This document shows positions 39,117-54,999 of a DNA stretch of 64,000 nucleotides, piece by piece. Location of the stretch: assembly GCF_036321535.1 (NCBI RefSeq), contig NC_087436.1, positions 82,896,001 through 82,960,000 on the forward strand, written 5' to 3'. The DNA is from Camelus dromedarius (Eukaryota). Position 1 is the first letter of the stretch, and each line of letters begins with the position of its first letter. The position numbers were made by a program, and so were the translations under genes. The notes beneath the pieces are model-generated. The model worked only from the letters and a program-made list of their open reading frames with translations. It was not told the origin of the DNA and made no database searches.

Positions 39117-40654
39117 TGCATAACCAAGAGGCTGTATCATTTCCCTTTAAGTGAAGCCATTAAATTCCATACAGGTCCTGAGAATTTCAGAAGCAATCAG
39201 TATTAAAAATAGAGGACAGTAAAGGAGATATATTTTTAAATCAGTGGCTAAAGTACATATATGTATGTGTATATATGTGTATATACATTGCACATTTATA
39301 AATCAAAAAATTTAGCTTATCATAATTTTTTAACAAAAAAACCCACAGGTAAAAAATTCGAGAGTATTCTATATTAATCAGTCAATCTAAAGCTAATTCT
39401 AGTTTCACTAATGAAAAAAAATCTATTTAGTAATTGTTTAGTCTAGTTTAGGAAGCCTTCAATACTACTCTTTAGCATGGTATTAGCTTTGGATCCGAAG
39501 AAGGCTGTTGTGGAGTACATAGTACATGTCCATCCCTCGGTGGGAGCTGGCAGGGAGCACTCCCCCTGGGGACACTATGAGTCCGTCTTCTGGAGGACAG
39601 AGATCACATCTTGCTCATCTTCACATCTAGCACCTTGTCCCATAAATGTGACTGGATTAAAAGTCCAAATCCTTAACTCTGGTCCGATACAGTTTTAAAA
39701 GGACGCAAGTCATGTAACACTGGAAGAGTATTCTTGTCCCAGTGAGTGGGTCATAGGGACAGGTGAGGGAGCCTGCCTGAGGGGACTGGAAGACGTCCCT
39801 TCCCCTCTAGATGGGGAGCACGAGCCGTGTGGTTGTGTGCATTTATTGCTCCATTGACGGTTCGAGATGAACTCTGAGACACACTAGTGTTTGGATCACT
39901 AGTATCCACTCCTCTCTTTTCATCCTAATTCTCTATGATGCCTGGGTGGGGAGGGGACTAGGTGAGGGAAATACTTTGCTAAATAGCATTTAATCCCTGA
40001 AGCACTGAATAGGAGGCTTTAAAAATGCATGTTATGATGCCTGCGGATTATGACAGAATCAACTAAATATTAATTGCTTGCTGGGTATTGAGAACTATGG
40101 TCAAAAGAAGTATAAAACTTCTGTGGTCAAAGGAAGTGTTAAAGGGAAATGTTTCTTTCCTCTTGAAGCTTTTTGTCAGCTAATAGTAGGAATTATAGTA
40201 TATTGTTCCTGCAATTATTAGAGTTCAGAGTGAGACAGCACTCTTTAAAATGCTGAAATTTTTAATAGATTTGTTATAGCAATCTGGTTAAGGAGGAAGA
40301 ATCACCATTACGGGACATTTAACTGTCAGCCACTGTATTGGATAAGTTTTAATTTTTATTTAAGCACCCCAAAAAATCCGATAAGGTAGCTAATTATCCC
40401 CATCTCATAGAAGAGGAAACTGAAGCTTGGAAAGTTTGGTCAACTTGCCCAGGTCACATAGCAAGTAAGAGGCATGACCCAGACTCAAACCCTGATCTCC
40501 TGTGACGTAGTAGGCCTGCAGATTATCTCCCCACTTTTCTCCAGGACCGTTCCTAATGGGCTGGTATGATCAGCAAGTCTCCATGGCCCAGATATGGCTT
40601 GAGTATGGAGCGTGCCATACAAGATTTGATAGGTAGATGGGAGGCAGATGTGTC

Positions 40655-41075
40655 TGTGTTAGTCCACATCCTAGAAAGAAAGAGTTGGGAGACTCAAGGT
40701 GGTAATTAAAGGAAGTTTAACGAAGGGACTGTTTAGGGAAGTGTGGCACTGTTACAAGAGCCAACAGGGGACATGGGGCACTGCAGGTCTGGAGGGACAA
40801 AAGGTGGGAATGGCGTGGCATGAACCTGGTATCGGTGGGGTAGAAGAGACTCCCCCAGCAGCCGCATCCAGGAAGTTAGGGGATGGGAGGTTGGGGAACA
40901 AATTCACCTCTCCCTTCTTGCGCCCCTAGATCTCCTGTTTGGCCTCCTATTGGCTGAATTCACTGGAAACCAGAAGGCAGGGGAGCCCGATGGTACTGTC
41001 TGTGGAAGTCAGCCTCAGGGCACGGAGCAGGGCCAAGAAGAATGGAGAATTGATCTGGGAACGAACCAAGAATGG
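40655..41075. mobile_element. Old ERVL-type LTR (LTR33-like)
   Basis: gaagtttaacgaagggactgttta...gcctcctattggctgaattcactggaaaccagaaggcaggggagccc. Confidence 0.5.
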
Positions 41076-41417
41076 GTGCCCGAGCTCTTGTAGGGAGAGT
41101 GAGCAACAGGGGCACAGCCGAAGGATGAGGAGCTCGGCGTGGCCTCTGGGGGGGGGGGGGGGCTTCAGGCTCACTGGCGTGGAGGGTCTGTCCAGGGAGA
41201 TGGTGGGAGGTGACACTGAAGGGCATGTTGGAAGTCCCAGGTGTGAAGTAGAGGTGTGTGATGGCTTCATTTGATGTTCAGGAATAAGCCAGTTTCGTTT
41301 CACATAAGCCAACGTTAATTTATTTCTTTTAAAAGCCAGAGAGCCAGGGAGGTGTCCTGGCAGAAAGGGAAAGGGAAAGAAGGACATTACGCGCGTCCAC
41401 CAGGAGTGTGTGCGTGA

Positions 41418-41699
<282 letters not shown>

Positions 41700-42833
41700 T
41701 GAGATGTTCAAAGTTACGGTGAGTTGTTAGCAATTCCACTGAGACCACGAGGATAGGTGCCTTGCACCGTGCTGAGTGTATCATGTCTTACCTTACTGAA
41801 CCTCCTTAGTAACCTAATAAGTACCAGTATTATGCGCCAAGTTGTAAATGAAGAAACTAAGATACAGAGTGCTTACACAAGGCTAAAGTGTAAGAAAAAT
41901 TGGCATTTTTTCTTGCCTGACAGACTTCCTTGCCCTAGTTGATAATATGCCCTAGTCATTCATAATTCCGTAAATAATCTTCTGAGTATCTCGTAGGATG
42001 TAAGCGCCATAAGAGCAGAATTTAATTCTTTTGTCTTGCTTTGTTTTTCGTTTTTGTTTCTTTGTCGATGGTACCGTGTACCCTAGAACAGTGCCTGATA
42101 CAAGGCAGGCCCAATCTTTCAAAAATCTCTAACATAAAATGCAACCCAGCCCCTCCCCAAATTGTCACAGATTCTAACACAGTGATAGAAGACGAGATAT
42201 ACTATAGGAAAAATATTAAACTGATCTGGAAGACATGCTCAGAATCTAAGAAAACTAGGAAGAAAATTGGAAAGGAAATGATTGCTTCTTCCTGGGGAGA
42301 TACTTTCTAAAATTCTTATTAAACCCTGGGGTCAGAGCTGTTGATTTTAAAAGTAGAGGAAGTGGATCACAAGAACTAAATACACTAAATAATGCCTAAA
42401 AATACTTGGCGTCCAAAACCACCCCTGTGTAATGTGAATCTTTCCCACCTCAGTGGGGTAGGTCATTCCATCTCTATTGGTCGTCTGATAAGGATAAGAC
42501 ACTGAGAAACGACTGGGTCTGTCTTCCCAAGGAGCAAACTAACGAGACACTTCTCACGCTTACACAGTTCCATGATAAGGAAAGCCAGACTCTGAAAATG
42601 GAAGGGAGGAAGGAGAGGTGAGGGCTTAGAGAGCTGACCATGTGACAAAATAGGCCAGACAGTTAAAAGGTTGCCTAGAGAGCAGACTGTAATCAGAACT
42701 ACAGTCTTCTCCTCTCCAGTGGCTATGAACCATGGTTATGTGGGGTGCTGTTTTAATCAGAGAAAATGACAGTGATCGTGGTTGTGCATTTATGCAAGCT
42801 CCACCCTCTCCCCAGCCTTCAGTCCTAAAGTAG

Positions 42834-43352
<519 letters not shown>

Positions 43353-45419
43353 TGAGTGTCTGTGGCTCATTCATTCAGTCTCTAACCCCTTCACCAAGGA
43401 GAAGATGCCTTCAATGCTTATACTTAAGGCTATGGCCAAACTTCGGTTTCTCAAGTTTTGTCTGCTTTTTACGCCCTTGTAGCTTCTGCATACATGTTTT
43501 TCCAAAGACTAAATGGTTGACCATATGACCCATAGGAAAGAAGCTACTTGGGCCTTCGGAGGTTTTTCTAAAATACCTGGATCCTGTTTTTATAGATCCA
43601 GTAACACGGTTCATTTAGTTGTTACTAGGACATTTTCTGGTACAGAAAATCTTTTTTATTAACTCTTAGGAATAAGTTTTTGTTCAGAGTACAATTAAAG
43701 TGTATAGTAAGCTTACACTTGCAGTTTTTCTGTCTGGTTTAAAGCCTCTCCTTCTCAAATGTCTGTTTATGATTTTGAGTACATATCTCTGTTGTGCATA
43801 TTTGCAGGGATTTTTAGTGCTCTTTGGTAACAATACTCAAAACATCTTGTGTATTAGGGGAGGACAGTCATTATTTCTAGAATTACTGTGGTTATTATAA
43901 AAAATGAGAGGAGCTCACGGACTTTCCCATGGTGGACCTCTTGGGGCACTGGCCATGGGTGAGTCACTGTGATTAGAACTGTCTTTTAAGTTTGATTAAG
44001 CTAATTCTGCCAGTTCATCTGGATCCCTTTCTTGGGAAATGAGATACCAGAATCCAGATTAGTTTACACACGATGGAGGCAAACCCCTTTTTCATAACCA
44101 GATTCCTTGTCTATCACCCAGCACACACCCTCTTTAGAACTAGGACCCATAACAAACAGTCAGCATCAGATTTAGACTGAATCCCAAAAGACACTTTTTC
44201 CAGACTGTCATAGTGTTTGCTCTCTGGTGCTCATTTTTCTGGTTCCTGCAATGCAAAAGCATACAGTTAAACTCTGGTGCCTTGTCTCATATTTTACTTT
44301 AACACATGTCATTGATAAGAGAGATTTAAGCAGCCTCTACTTCATGCTAGTTAAGAAGTGAATCCATACATTATCTCATCTGCTTTTCACAGGACCACTC
44401 TGAAACAGGTATCATCTTCATTTCATAGAAGGAAAAATGGAGGCTTACTTACCCAAAGATCACCACTAGTAAATGGAACCAAGCTGGGATTTAACCAGCC
44501 TGACTCCAAAACCCATGTTCATTCTATGACACCACATTGCTTCTTCCATATTAATGAAGGTGTTAAGGTACCATCTTGCTGTCCTCATCTCCCCATCAGT
44601 GCTCAAGCTTCTTGAAGGCAGGGACTCTGTTTTGTTCACTGCTGTATTTCCAAAGCCTTGAGCAGTGCCTGGAAGATACAGATGTCCAGAAAACATTGGT
44701 TGGATGCGTGATGAATAAGTGATTTCCACTACAGAGTGGGCTTCTGAAGGGGTCCTTCTTCTGTGTGTCAAAACCGTCCTGGTCCTGCAGAGTCTGAGTT
44801 ACTCCCATTTCTCCTTCCCTTCAATTCCAAACTTATTAAAAGAATAGTCTTCTCTTTTCCATACCATTGATTCACCCCTTAAAACTTAAGCCCTTGCTTT
44901 GGACACCTCTCTTGGAAGCCACCAGTGGGTCTGTCCACTTGGCCAATTCACTGGTTGCCATCTTCCTCAGCCTCTCTGCAGGATGCAGCTGTGTTGATTG
45001 CTTGTTCTTTTGACTTTGGTGAGTGACACTAAACTTTGGTTTCTCCTATTTCTGCATCCCCCTTCTCTCTCATGCCCAGGTTCCATAGTCAGATCTCTCT
45101 CTTTTCTTTCTTTATACTCTTTCCCTTGACGTTCAGATGGCTTACACTCTCGTCTCTATTTGACGATTCATCATTTCTTCAACAAATATACTGCGCGTTA
45201 GCATGTGGGCATGTTCCCAGTGAGGTCTCCCTTTTCTAGAAATGGTGCTGGCCGGAGTGACAACACAGCAGTAAACAAAACAGGTGCAAACCCTCTGTCT
45301 TAGCAGAGCTTACGTTCTAGTGATAGAAGACAGGTCTGTCTGCTGCCCATCTGTCCCACCAGCTCCCATAATTCAATATGCCCCAAACCCTCAGTTTTTG
45401 CAGGGACAGCTAACCAGCT

Positions 45420-45975
45420 ATATCAGGGGCCCCAGGACCACCCCTAGGTTCAGTAATTTGCTAGAAGGGCTCACATATATATATTTGCTAGAAGGATTCA
45501 GCATATATTCATAGCTAAGTTTTATTGCAGAGAAAGGATATGTGCAAGAAGCTACAGAGGGACAGGCACGTGGGGCAAAGCCTGCAGAAAACCAAGTGCC
45601 AGCTTCCTAAAGTCTTCTCCCAGCGAGCCACACAGGACGGGCTTCATCCCCCCCAAAACAAGTTGTGACAACATGTAGAAAATGTCCGAGAAGCTCATCA
45701 GAGACCAGAGTGTCTACTAGGTGCTGGTCACACAGGCAGCTTCTGCCTAGCACGTCCCCAGATCTCAAACTCCCGGGGGGAAGCAGGCATTTGGCTTAGG
45801 CCACTTGGTTTGTACCGACAGCATCTGCACAGTGAGCCGCTCTTTCTATGTACAGGAAGTTTGATATCAGTGTAGGGAGTCATTCATCACTCAAGTTCCA
45901 GACGTCAGCCAAGATCCAACCTTGCGAGCAGGCCTTGTGAAGGAAGGGGGGTCTCACACCCACTGTGTTAACTCT
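45420..45975. mobile_element. MER21-like LTR
   Basis: ggggccccaggaccacccctaggttcagtaatttgctagaagggctcaca...tgtgttaactctt. Confidence 0.65.
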
Positions 45976-46924
45976 TGCCCGCCCGGGAGCCCGCTGTTTC
46001 TCACCACCCCAGCCACCAGAGTAACCCAGTTCTGTGCCTGCCAGAGACCTCCCCTGCCCCTCACCATCTGACCACAGTCTGCCTTTCAGCCTTCTTTTCC
46101 TCATCATTTGGGAGCCAACCCAAACCACTGCCGGCTGCCCTGTCCTTCTCTGGCCCTGCCTGGCTCAGGCCTCCAAACACCCTCCCCAGCCACCTGTGTA
46201 AGTCTGAATCCTGCTTGCCTTTCACAGCCCGGGTCTAGCACGGCTTCTTCCCAGGCCTTCTCTGCATCACCTGTCCCGTGGCTGGACCTGCAAGGAAGGT
46301 CAGCTTTCCTCTGATGGGCCTGAGCAATTTCTCTGTGCATCTCTGTTGGTTCTTGTATCATCTACCTTAAGGTTTATTTTCATCATTTAATTACAACTTT
46401 TCTCTCCCTGCTTATCATTTTGGGAGAGAAAAAATCTTGGTTCATCTTTATATCCTCATTAATGCCCGAGAAGCATCTGGTTCCTGAGAGCCTCTGTAGA
46501 TATTGGTGGATTACGTTCCCAGATGCTGTATGGAGTCGTACTTAGTTCAGTTGCTGACAGTGACTTGATGAACTTGTACCTTTTTTGGCTGCAATTTTTT
46601 GGGTGCCTAGAATCATCATAATTCCTAAGTCACCCCAGGAAGGCAAACATCAACTGAGGGCTGAGAGCTCAGGCCTCTGGAGACAGACAGTTCTGGTGTG
46701 GGTTCCTGACTCTCCCTTCAAAAGATTTGAGATTGAGTTGACCTAAGCCTCAGGGCCCTTATTCCTAAAGTGGGGATAATAAGTGTGAAAATTATGGAAG
46801 AAAGCACTTACAAAGCATCACGGCAAGCACATTACCCTGCTTGATGAGACTTATATTTATTTATTACACACTGTATCTTACCAGGAACCAACTGTCTTTG
46901 TAAGTGCCCCAAATGTTCCACTGA

Positions 46925-47272
<348 letters not shown>

Positions 47273-49483
47273 TAAAAGAGAATGTCAAGGATCAGAGCCA
47301 ATAGCAACAAGGGGTGAAAACCAAAAGCTTATTGGCAGAGGGATATCTTGTGGGAAAGAAGTTGGGATCCTTGAATGTTAAGAGTTGGGAAGAATCTTAA
47401 GTCTGGTTTATCCCAAAGCTGGAACCTTCCCACTGTGTTTCGCTAACCTCTATCCTTTCCCATTATGAGGCTGACCAGTGCTCCATGCTCCATTCCCAAG
47501 CCCCTCGGCCATCAAATCTTGACTCATTTCCCTGAATTTCCTACTCTCAGATGATGCCCACGCTATCAGGACACAGGCACAGTAGTCAGGGGCTATGCCT
47601 GGGTAAGTAAGATACCCGGTACCTGCTCACGTTCAGGATTTACCAAAGGTGCCTAAAGTTCCTTCTACAGATTCTGTGATGTTACCATTATGACCACTCG
47701 TGATAGCGAGGAAACTGACAAAGATCCCACCAGCTTGTCTGGGGCCTTTTGTTCATTCACTCAGGAAACATTTATTGGACACTTAATACATTCCAGGCAC
47801 TGTTCAAGGCTCCTGGGACACATCAGTGAATAGAATAAAGGTCCCCGCCCTTGCAGAGCTTGCGTTCAACCAGGAGGAGATCATAGATGATAAACAATAA
47901 ATAAAAGAAACAAATTAGTTAAATAGCTAAGGTGATATGATAGAAGGTGATATGCACTATTAATAAAGTAGAACAAGGCAAGGTGGATCCAGAGTTCACC
48001 TGCTTTCTTCCTCCTGGTGAACATGGTGACAACACCCAAATGTTGCCAACATGAATTATTGCACATATATTTACTCACCAAATAAGAAGGATACATTCTT
48101 GTAATATCCTTATTTTGTGATTATTTTTGAGGCTAAGCTCAACTCTGCATTACATAGCCCACTGGATTGTCCCAGTTCCTATTTCTAACGACTTTTGCAG
48201 AAAATAATATCACATTAAATCAAGTAGTAGTTATTACTAGAAATGAATGAAAATCTATTGCGATTATTAGTGAACTTTTCCTAATGATTCCAGCGAGAAC
48301 AGGAAGAGATTAAAAGCAGGCTGGCAACTCTGATTGACATTTAAGGAAATACCTGTTTATAGAAAATATAGATGAGTGTGTCTTGCACTTCCTCCCCATA
48401 CTTTAAGAGTGAATTCTGTCAAGGCAGTTACTTCATTTCTCTGTGTTGTTGTCTCAGTCTCTGGAGGGGATGACGATGCAGAACCAGGATGGGTGGAGAG
48501 AAATGACTCAGCACAGAAGCCACTTCCTGCCCTCGTGAGTTCACACGGAGGCTGTCACGAGGCTCAGTGTTGCTCTTCTGAGTTTGTGGCTCTCGCCCCT
48601 TCTCTCCAACACATCCAATAGGAAGAAAACAGAAGATTGATAGTGCAGAGGAAGGAAAATGTGTCACGCCTCTTTGCCCAGTACTCATTTGCTGTAGTCC
48701 CTGCCTGTACTTGACTATGGCTCATGCTTGAGCCCGAGACACTCAGGTTCTAGGAGTCACTACACATCCTGTGATGGGAGAGGCAGTTAAGCCTAATCGC
48801 TGACTGCAGGTCTTTTAAAAGTCTTGAAATTAAGGATCTAGAGATTAAATTTCTAGTGTGATAGGGAAGTTGTACCTTAAGTGAATCATTTAACTTTCTC
48901 AGCATGACAGCTCCAAGTGGGAATTTGGCAAGAAGCAGCTTCACTTCTATTACGGTAAAGTACTAAAGATCAGTGCCAAAAGTATGAATGTTAAAACATA
49001 CATTTTATTGTTTCAGACAATCAGACATTCACTGAGCACCGATCCACTATAAGGTTCTGGGAAGGGTAGCAATAAGTATCCGCTCGGCAAATTATTTGAA
49101 GCTGGTTAAGGGTTATCAAAAACATGAATGAAAAACTCAGTCCCTATCTTTATACGTGTATGAAATAGACATGCTACTTCTCAACCAGACCGTGCATATT
49201 TTGAATGATGACATATCTGTCTGTGTTCTTCATTGCCCATCTAAATGACTTGCATTTAATAGAAGTCCTAGAAAGGCTTATTTGTTGCTTAACTTCTATT
49301 TAAAAAAAAAAGTATACAACATTTTGAACTGTATACATACCAGAAAGTTAAACTGGAGTCTGAGGAGAAATAATCTCTGGTCTGAGAGGCCTTGGGAAGC
49401 ATCCTTCCTTTTGTGGCACAAAATTCTACACATATGGAGTCACTGACTGTGATAAAACAACATTTGCCACTCGTTTGGGGTGA

Positions 49484-49873
<390 letters not shown>

Positions 49874-50559
49874 TAAAACATGTTAGTTAGTCTTTGCTCT
49901 CCTCGGTGTTGTGGGTCTTGATAGTCCTGAAGGGGAATCTGAAGGTTCTCCTTTATGATATCAACTTCAGTGTTACTAATTATTTTCTCATTTTGCGTGA
50001 ATAACTCTTCTGAATATAGAAGTGGGGGGTGGCATTCACAGTAAGCTCTCACTTAGCCACACTAATAACAAGAATAACTTAGGAAATCACGTTTGGCTTG
50101 GGCATGCCATTTGAGAAGTGAGGGAGACAACAATGTTCTGTTTATTCTGTTCTTTGCTAATGATACTTTTCTTCAACTGCTAACAAAAATCAGTTTATGT
50201 TTTTCTGCACATGTGTAAAGTTATGGCCAAAAAAAAAAAAAATCCAGAAAATATTGGAGGTGGCAGCTCCCTGCAGTTTAAAATAGCACTATTTGCAGGA
50301 AATTTTAAACTGCAGGGAGGTTTCTATATGAGGTACAAGAAACTCATAAAGCAGAGTTATGATCGAGTTAAGACTATGACACCTCGCTGCCTGCCCGTGA
50401 CTCTATGATAACTTCCAACACCTGTTCAAGACAGTTTCTCTTCAGCATCATCTTAATCATTTCCTCCCAGAGGTCTCAGTGTAAAAATGTGTTTTTGCAA
50501 GCTTTTCTACCTTTGGCAATAACACAGAATCTTTTGCATTTAAGCGTATAAGCATATTA

Positions 50560-50682
50560 GGGGGGGAGGGTGTAGCTCAAGTGGTAGAGCGTGTGCTTAG
50601 CATGCATGAGGTCCTGGGTTCAATCCCCAGTACCTCCTCTAAAAATAAATAAACTTAATTACCTTCCCCCACCAAAAAAAAT
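50560..50682 (+). mobile_element. tRNA-Ala-derived SINE
   Basis: GGGGAGGGTGTAGCTCAAGTGGTAGAGCGTGTGCTTAGCATGCATGAGGTCCTGGGTTCAATCCCCAGTACCTCC followed by the tail. Confidence 0.9.
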
Positions 50683-51827
50683 TATGAAGTTGGATAAATT
50701 GTAATAGCTTTGTATCCTAAGAGACCATTAATTAGCATGAGTTAATCATTTAAAAAATTAAGCATATAAGCTTATAATGACATGCTTAATTGTTACAGCT
50801 TAAAAGTCCACCATCCTTTCCACTGTCCAATGACAGAGCTGCCCCTCTGAAATCTTAGTAAGTGGGGCATTACTCTTTGGGCACTCTGTCTTCTATTATC
50901 CTCCTTCTTGACCAATATTCTTTTCCCCCCAACCAAAAATTCATTTGGCTTTGTGAAGCACTGACATCAAATCATTATCAAATCATCACTAGAATTGGTT
51001 GGTAAAATGTAGAAAACATGTTATTTAATTTGTTTTATATGTTATTAAACATAGAAAATATGTTACTCATAGGTAAGTAAAAGAATAAGAACATAAAAAC
51101 TATATACATGTATATTGCATGGCAGTAACAATATTAATAGGAGCAGTAATAATAATAATAATGATAGCTAACAATTTAGAAACAATCTTGCTAAGCACAG
51201 TTCCAAGTACTTTTCTTATACAGAAGTTCACTGAATCCTCACAATAGCCCTCTTAACTACACTGCCCCTCTAGCCACATCCATGTGTACTTTAGAAATAA
51301 CTTTTACACAAACGAGCATTCCTATAGAGTACAAGCGGGGACCCCTTCTGGCCCTGGTGCAGTTAGAAGTGCATCCTTCCCTTCACGGTGGCCGTGTAAC
51401 ATCACACAGTTCCTGTAGCTAAACTCTTGATACCCAAATTCTCAATGTGCTAACAGTAGACAGCGTTAAGAAGAATTTCAGTATTTAAGGAGACACTAGA
51501 AATCATTTTTCATAATATTTCTGTACTTCATGATGGCAGAATGCAGTCCATATACATTGAAAATTATCCTAGGAAACAATTATTGTTTGGAGCCCTAAGG
51601 AAACAAACCCTGCTTTTTTAGTTTACATGGATTTATTTATATGTTGGTCACTGAGAATAGTGGTAAAAAGGTGAGGGTGATATTATGCTAATTAGTAAGT
51701 TTTCCCCTTTCTTAAGCAAATACCTTCAGTGTCAACAAAAGACTAGTCAGTGGCATTCAGCTTCTTTGATTACGTACACACATCAGTGAAAACTTTTATG
51801 ACACACCCTAATGTATTTTTATTTATA

Positions 51828-51830
<3 letters not shown>

Positions 51831-51858
<28 letters not shown>
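51831..51858. repeat. (TG)14 microsatellite
   Basis: Perfect dinucleotide run. Confidence 0.95.
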
Positions 51859-51861
<3 letters not shown>

Positions 51862-52544
51862 TGGTGTAATAGGTACATTTATGAAAACATATCCAACATA
51901 GAATTTGAAATATTGGGATAAAAATAAATACAAATAGAATTCTAACAGTTTCTTATCACCTGCCTAGAAGTTTTAATATTTTCTTCCCACACCTCAGTGA
52001 ATTGCCTTGTACCCACTTTGAAGATCGCTGGAAAAATAGCTGATGGTGTGGAAATTGAGGAAGTTTCTTAGCCCAGCAGCCACAGAATTTTGCAAGTATT
52101 TCTTTGAAAACTTGCTTCACTCTGCTACTTTTCTTATTTTTTTAACTCTTAGTGCTGCCAAGACAACAATTCAGACAGTCTGCTGTCATCAGAACAAGGA
52201 ACGGCTACAGGAGTCCCACTTCTCCTCTGAAACCTTCTCTGACCCTGTAGAAATAGGACGTGCTTTCTGCGCATCCCCCCAAATAACCCCAACGCTCCAC
52301 TAGACCTTCAGCCCTGTGAAAAGAACTGAGGCTGAAGTACACCTGAAACTTGAAAAGAAAGTATACCCTAAATATAAATATAACATCTCAGAATCACTTT
52401 GCAATTATGGGCTTACTTCACATCAACCATTTGTCCCAAGCAATAGTCTTTCAAAACTAGCAGAGTTATTGAAAAAAGAAGACTGTGAGGAAATCTAAAT
52501 TCAAATAATTTTGTTGGTTGGTAGATTTCACAGGGTGAAAATGA

Positions 52545-52670
52545 GTAATTCATTTACCTAACAAATCTTTTCTGAGCACCTACTATGTGCCTGGCATTGT
52601 TCTAGGCACTGGGGATATAGGGATGAACAAAACAACCAAATCCCTGCCTTCATGAAGCTTATGTCAAGGA
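52545..52670 (-). mobile_element. L2 3' end fragment (others at ~18940, 44600, 47750, 56100, 61285)
   Basis: tgagcacctactatgtgcctggcattgttctaggcactggggatatag...tccctgccttcatgaagctta. Confidence 0.75.
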
Positions 52671-54136
52671 AAGAAAGTTCTTTTGTAGATAGGGATGCAA
52701 AACCCAAAGGAAACTCAGAGAAGTAACAACCCAAATGCTCAAAAAAATCTCTTTTTTCCTCTCTTCTCTCTCATTCTCTATTTTGAAGGAAAATCCTCGA
52801 GGAAAATTTAGTATATTAATATGGTATTGATATTGTATAAATTGACCGTATATTCCATATTTTTAGAAACATTTGCCCTGTGCAAAGCAAAAACAAGGGT
52901 ACCTAATGAGAGTTGGGTAAAGGGTTATTGTTGGATTCAGTCCATCAGCCCTTTTCTCTCAGTGAAGTCCATTAGAAAAACATTTTCAGTATATTCCAGA
53001 GAGCTCAAAGGGAATATTCCCACCCCCAGCACAAAAATACAAGGTTAGGTCTGGGAATCCTACACAAAGAAGAAAAGGGAAGTGGTGAGGTTGGCTTTTT
53101 CAGCTGTGGTTGGCAGCCAGGCAGGTCTCTGCTCTGACAGTCACCAGGATAGCTATCTCAAGAAGGGCTAATGAAGTGGCCTCTGACCTTCTTCCCTGAG
53201 AAGAGAGAGAGGATGGACAGCAAAGGTCACAGCACTTCCCACAGCCCACCTGCTGTGGATTCAGATCCCACATGAGGGCAAGGTGGCTACAGTTAAGCCC
53301 TAGCACGTTCCACACATACCTGCTAATCCAGTGGTGACGGATGCAAGTAGCGCCCACGTTCCCCTTGGATCTGGTTTTATAGCCCAGAACCAAAGCAGAT
53401 GTGAAAGTTATATGGTCATGAATTAAGGGACAGAAGCAAGCAAGAGGGAAAGCCTGGGCTCACATGTTCCCACCGCAAGTCTTCTCGAGCCCTCTGTGCC
53501 CAGCGTTCCCACCAGCCTTTCAGACCAAGCTCATCCTTCCATCTTAGGAGCACTCTTTTTAATACATCTTGTTGCACCCTGCACCTGTGTTGTGCGCTGC
53601 CAACTCCTTAGAAGGTTTTTGTATTATTTGTCTTTCTGTGTGTTTATCTGCTCTTGAACCACAGCATAAGTTTTCCGAGGACAAGGTTTGGAGTTTTTAC
53701 TTCTGTTTTTCCCTCTTGATGTCTAGCACAGTATTGTGTATTTATTGAATAAAGAAAAGAATAGATGGCTAGAAAGTGGGAAAAAAACAAAAACAGAAAG
53801 CAAGATGAAGGCTGAGAAAAGCAGAAGGGTGGAAAGTGATTTAAATGAGGGTAGCATTAAAAACAAGGCATTCCTGATTGAGTTTTATTTTGTAACATAG
53901 TGACGTCTCTTGAATGTGTGCACATGCACATGTGTACACACGTGCACTCACTGAATATCTATCTATTCCTAACTCAGGAAGTGCAAGCAATATATTTACA
54001 GCAGTGCTCAACGCTTTCCTTCCGTGTAAGTGACTGTTATAAATGCCATTGGTTGAGTAGAATGGTGAGCCCTAGAATGAATACATTGGTGAAGAAAAAT
54101 ACACTAGTTGTTTTAAGGTAAGTTATATATTTCTAA

Positions 54137-54415
<279 letters not shown>

Positions 54416-54999
54416 TGAAGGACTTGAATTTATTTTTGTGGCCAAATTTAAGGAGCCAGCACGAGCTGCTCCAGGTTTTATAAGTAAAGTAAACCAGCAG
54501 GACTCATGTGACCGTTCATCTCACTGAGAATGGGACTCCCTGCTGCCTGCACTCTTGCTAGACCTGTCTTTGCAGGTTTCCTTCAACAGATGCATGAAGA
54601 GATCTTTTCAGGGTGTCAGCTGGGCCTGGGGCCCCTGGCTACACTGACACAGAGACAGGTTCGAGTTTCACTGGACATGGGGTGACCAGGTGACGGAAGT
54701 GGAACTAAGAGACAGAAGGGAAAGAGAGAGACACTGCACTGGAAACCTTGTCTGGAAGGATTGCCTCTTTTCCAGGTGGAAGCCATAGGGAGGCTTTACC
54801 TGGAATTGACATTGGGACAAACAGCTCTTCTGAGCAGTACCTTAATGACTCATTTCCTTCTTTTCCCAAGACGTCATGTGCATTTCCATGTATGTGAAAG
54901 CTTAGGTCATTTCATACACAGTGAGCCTCAATTCTGGCGATGCAGGAAATTTCAGTAATTCTGAGGCAGCTACCAGCCTGTCCCAAGTTAAGCTCTATG

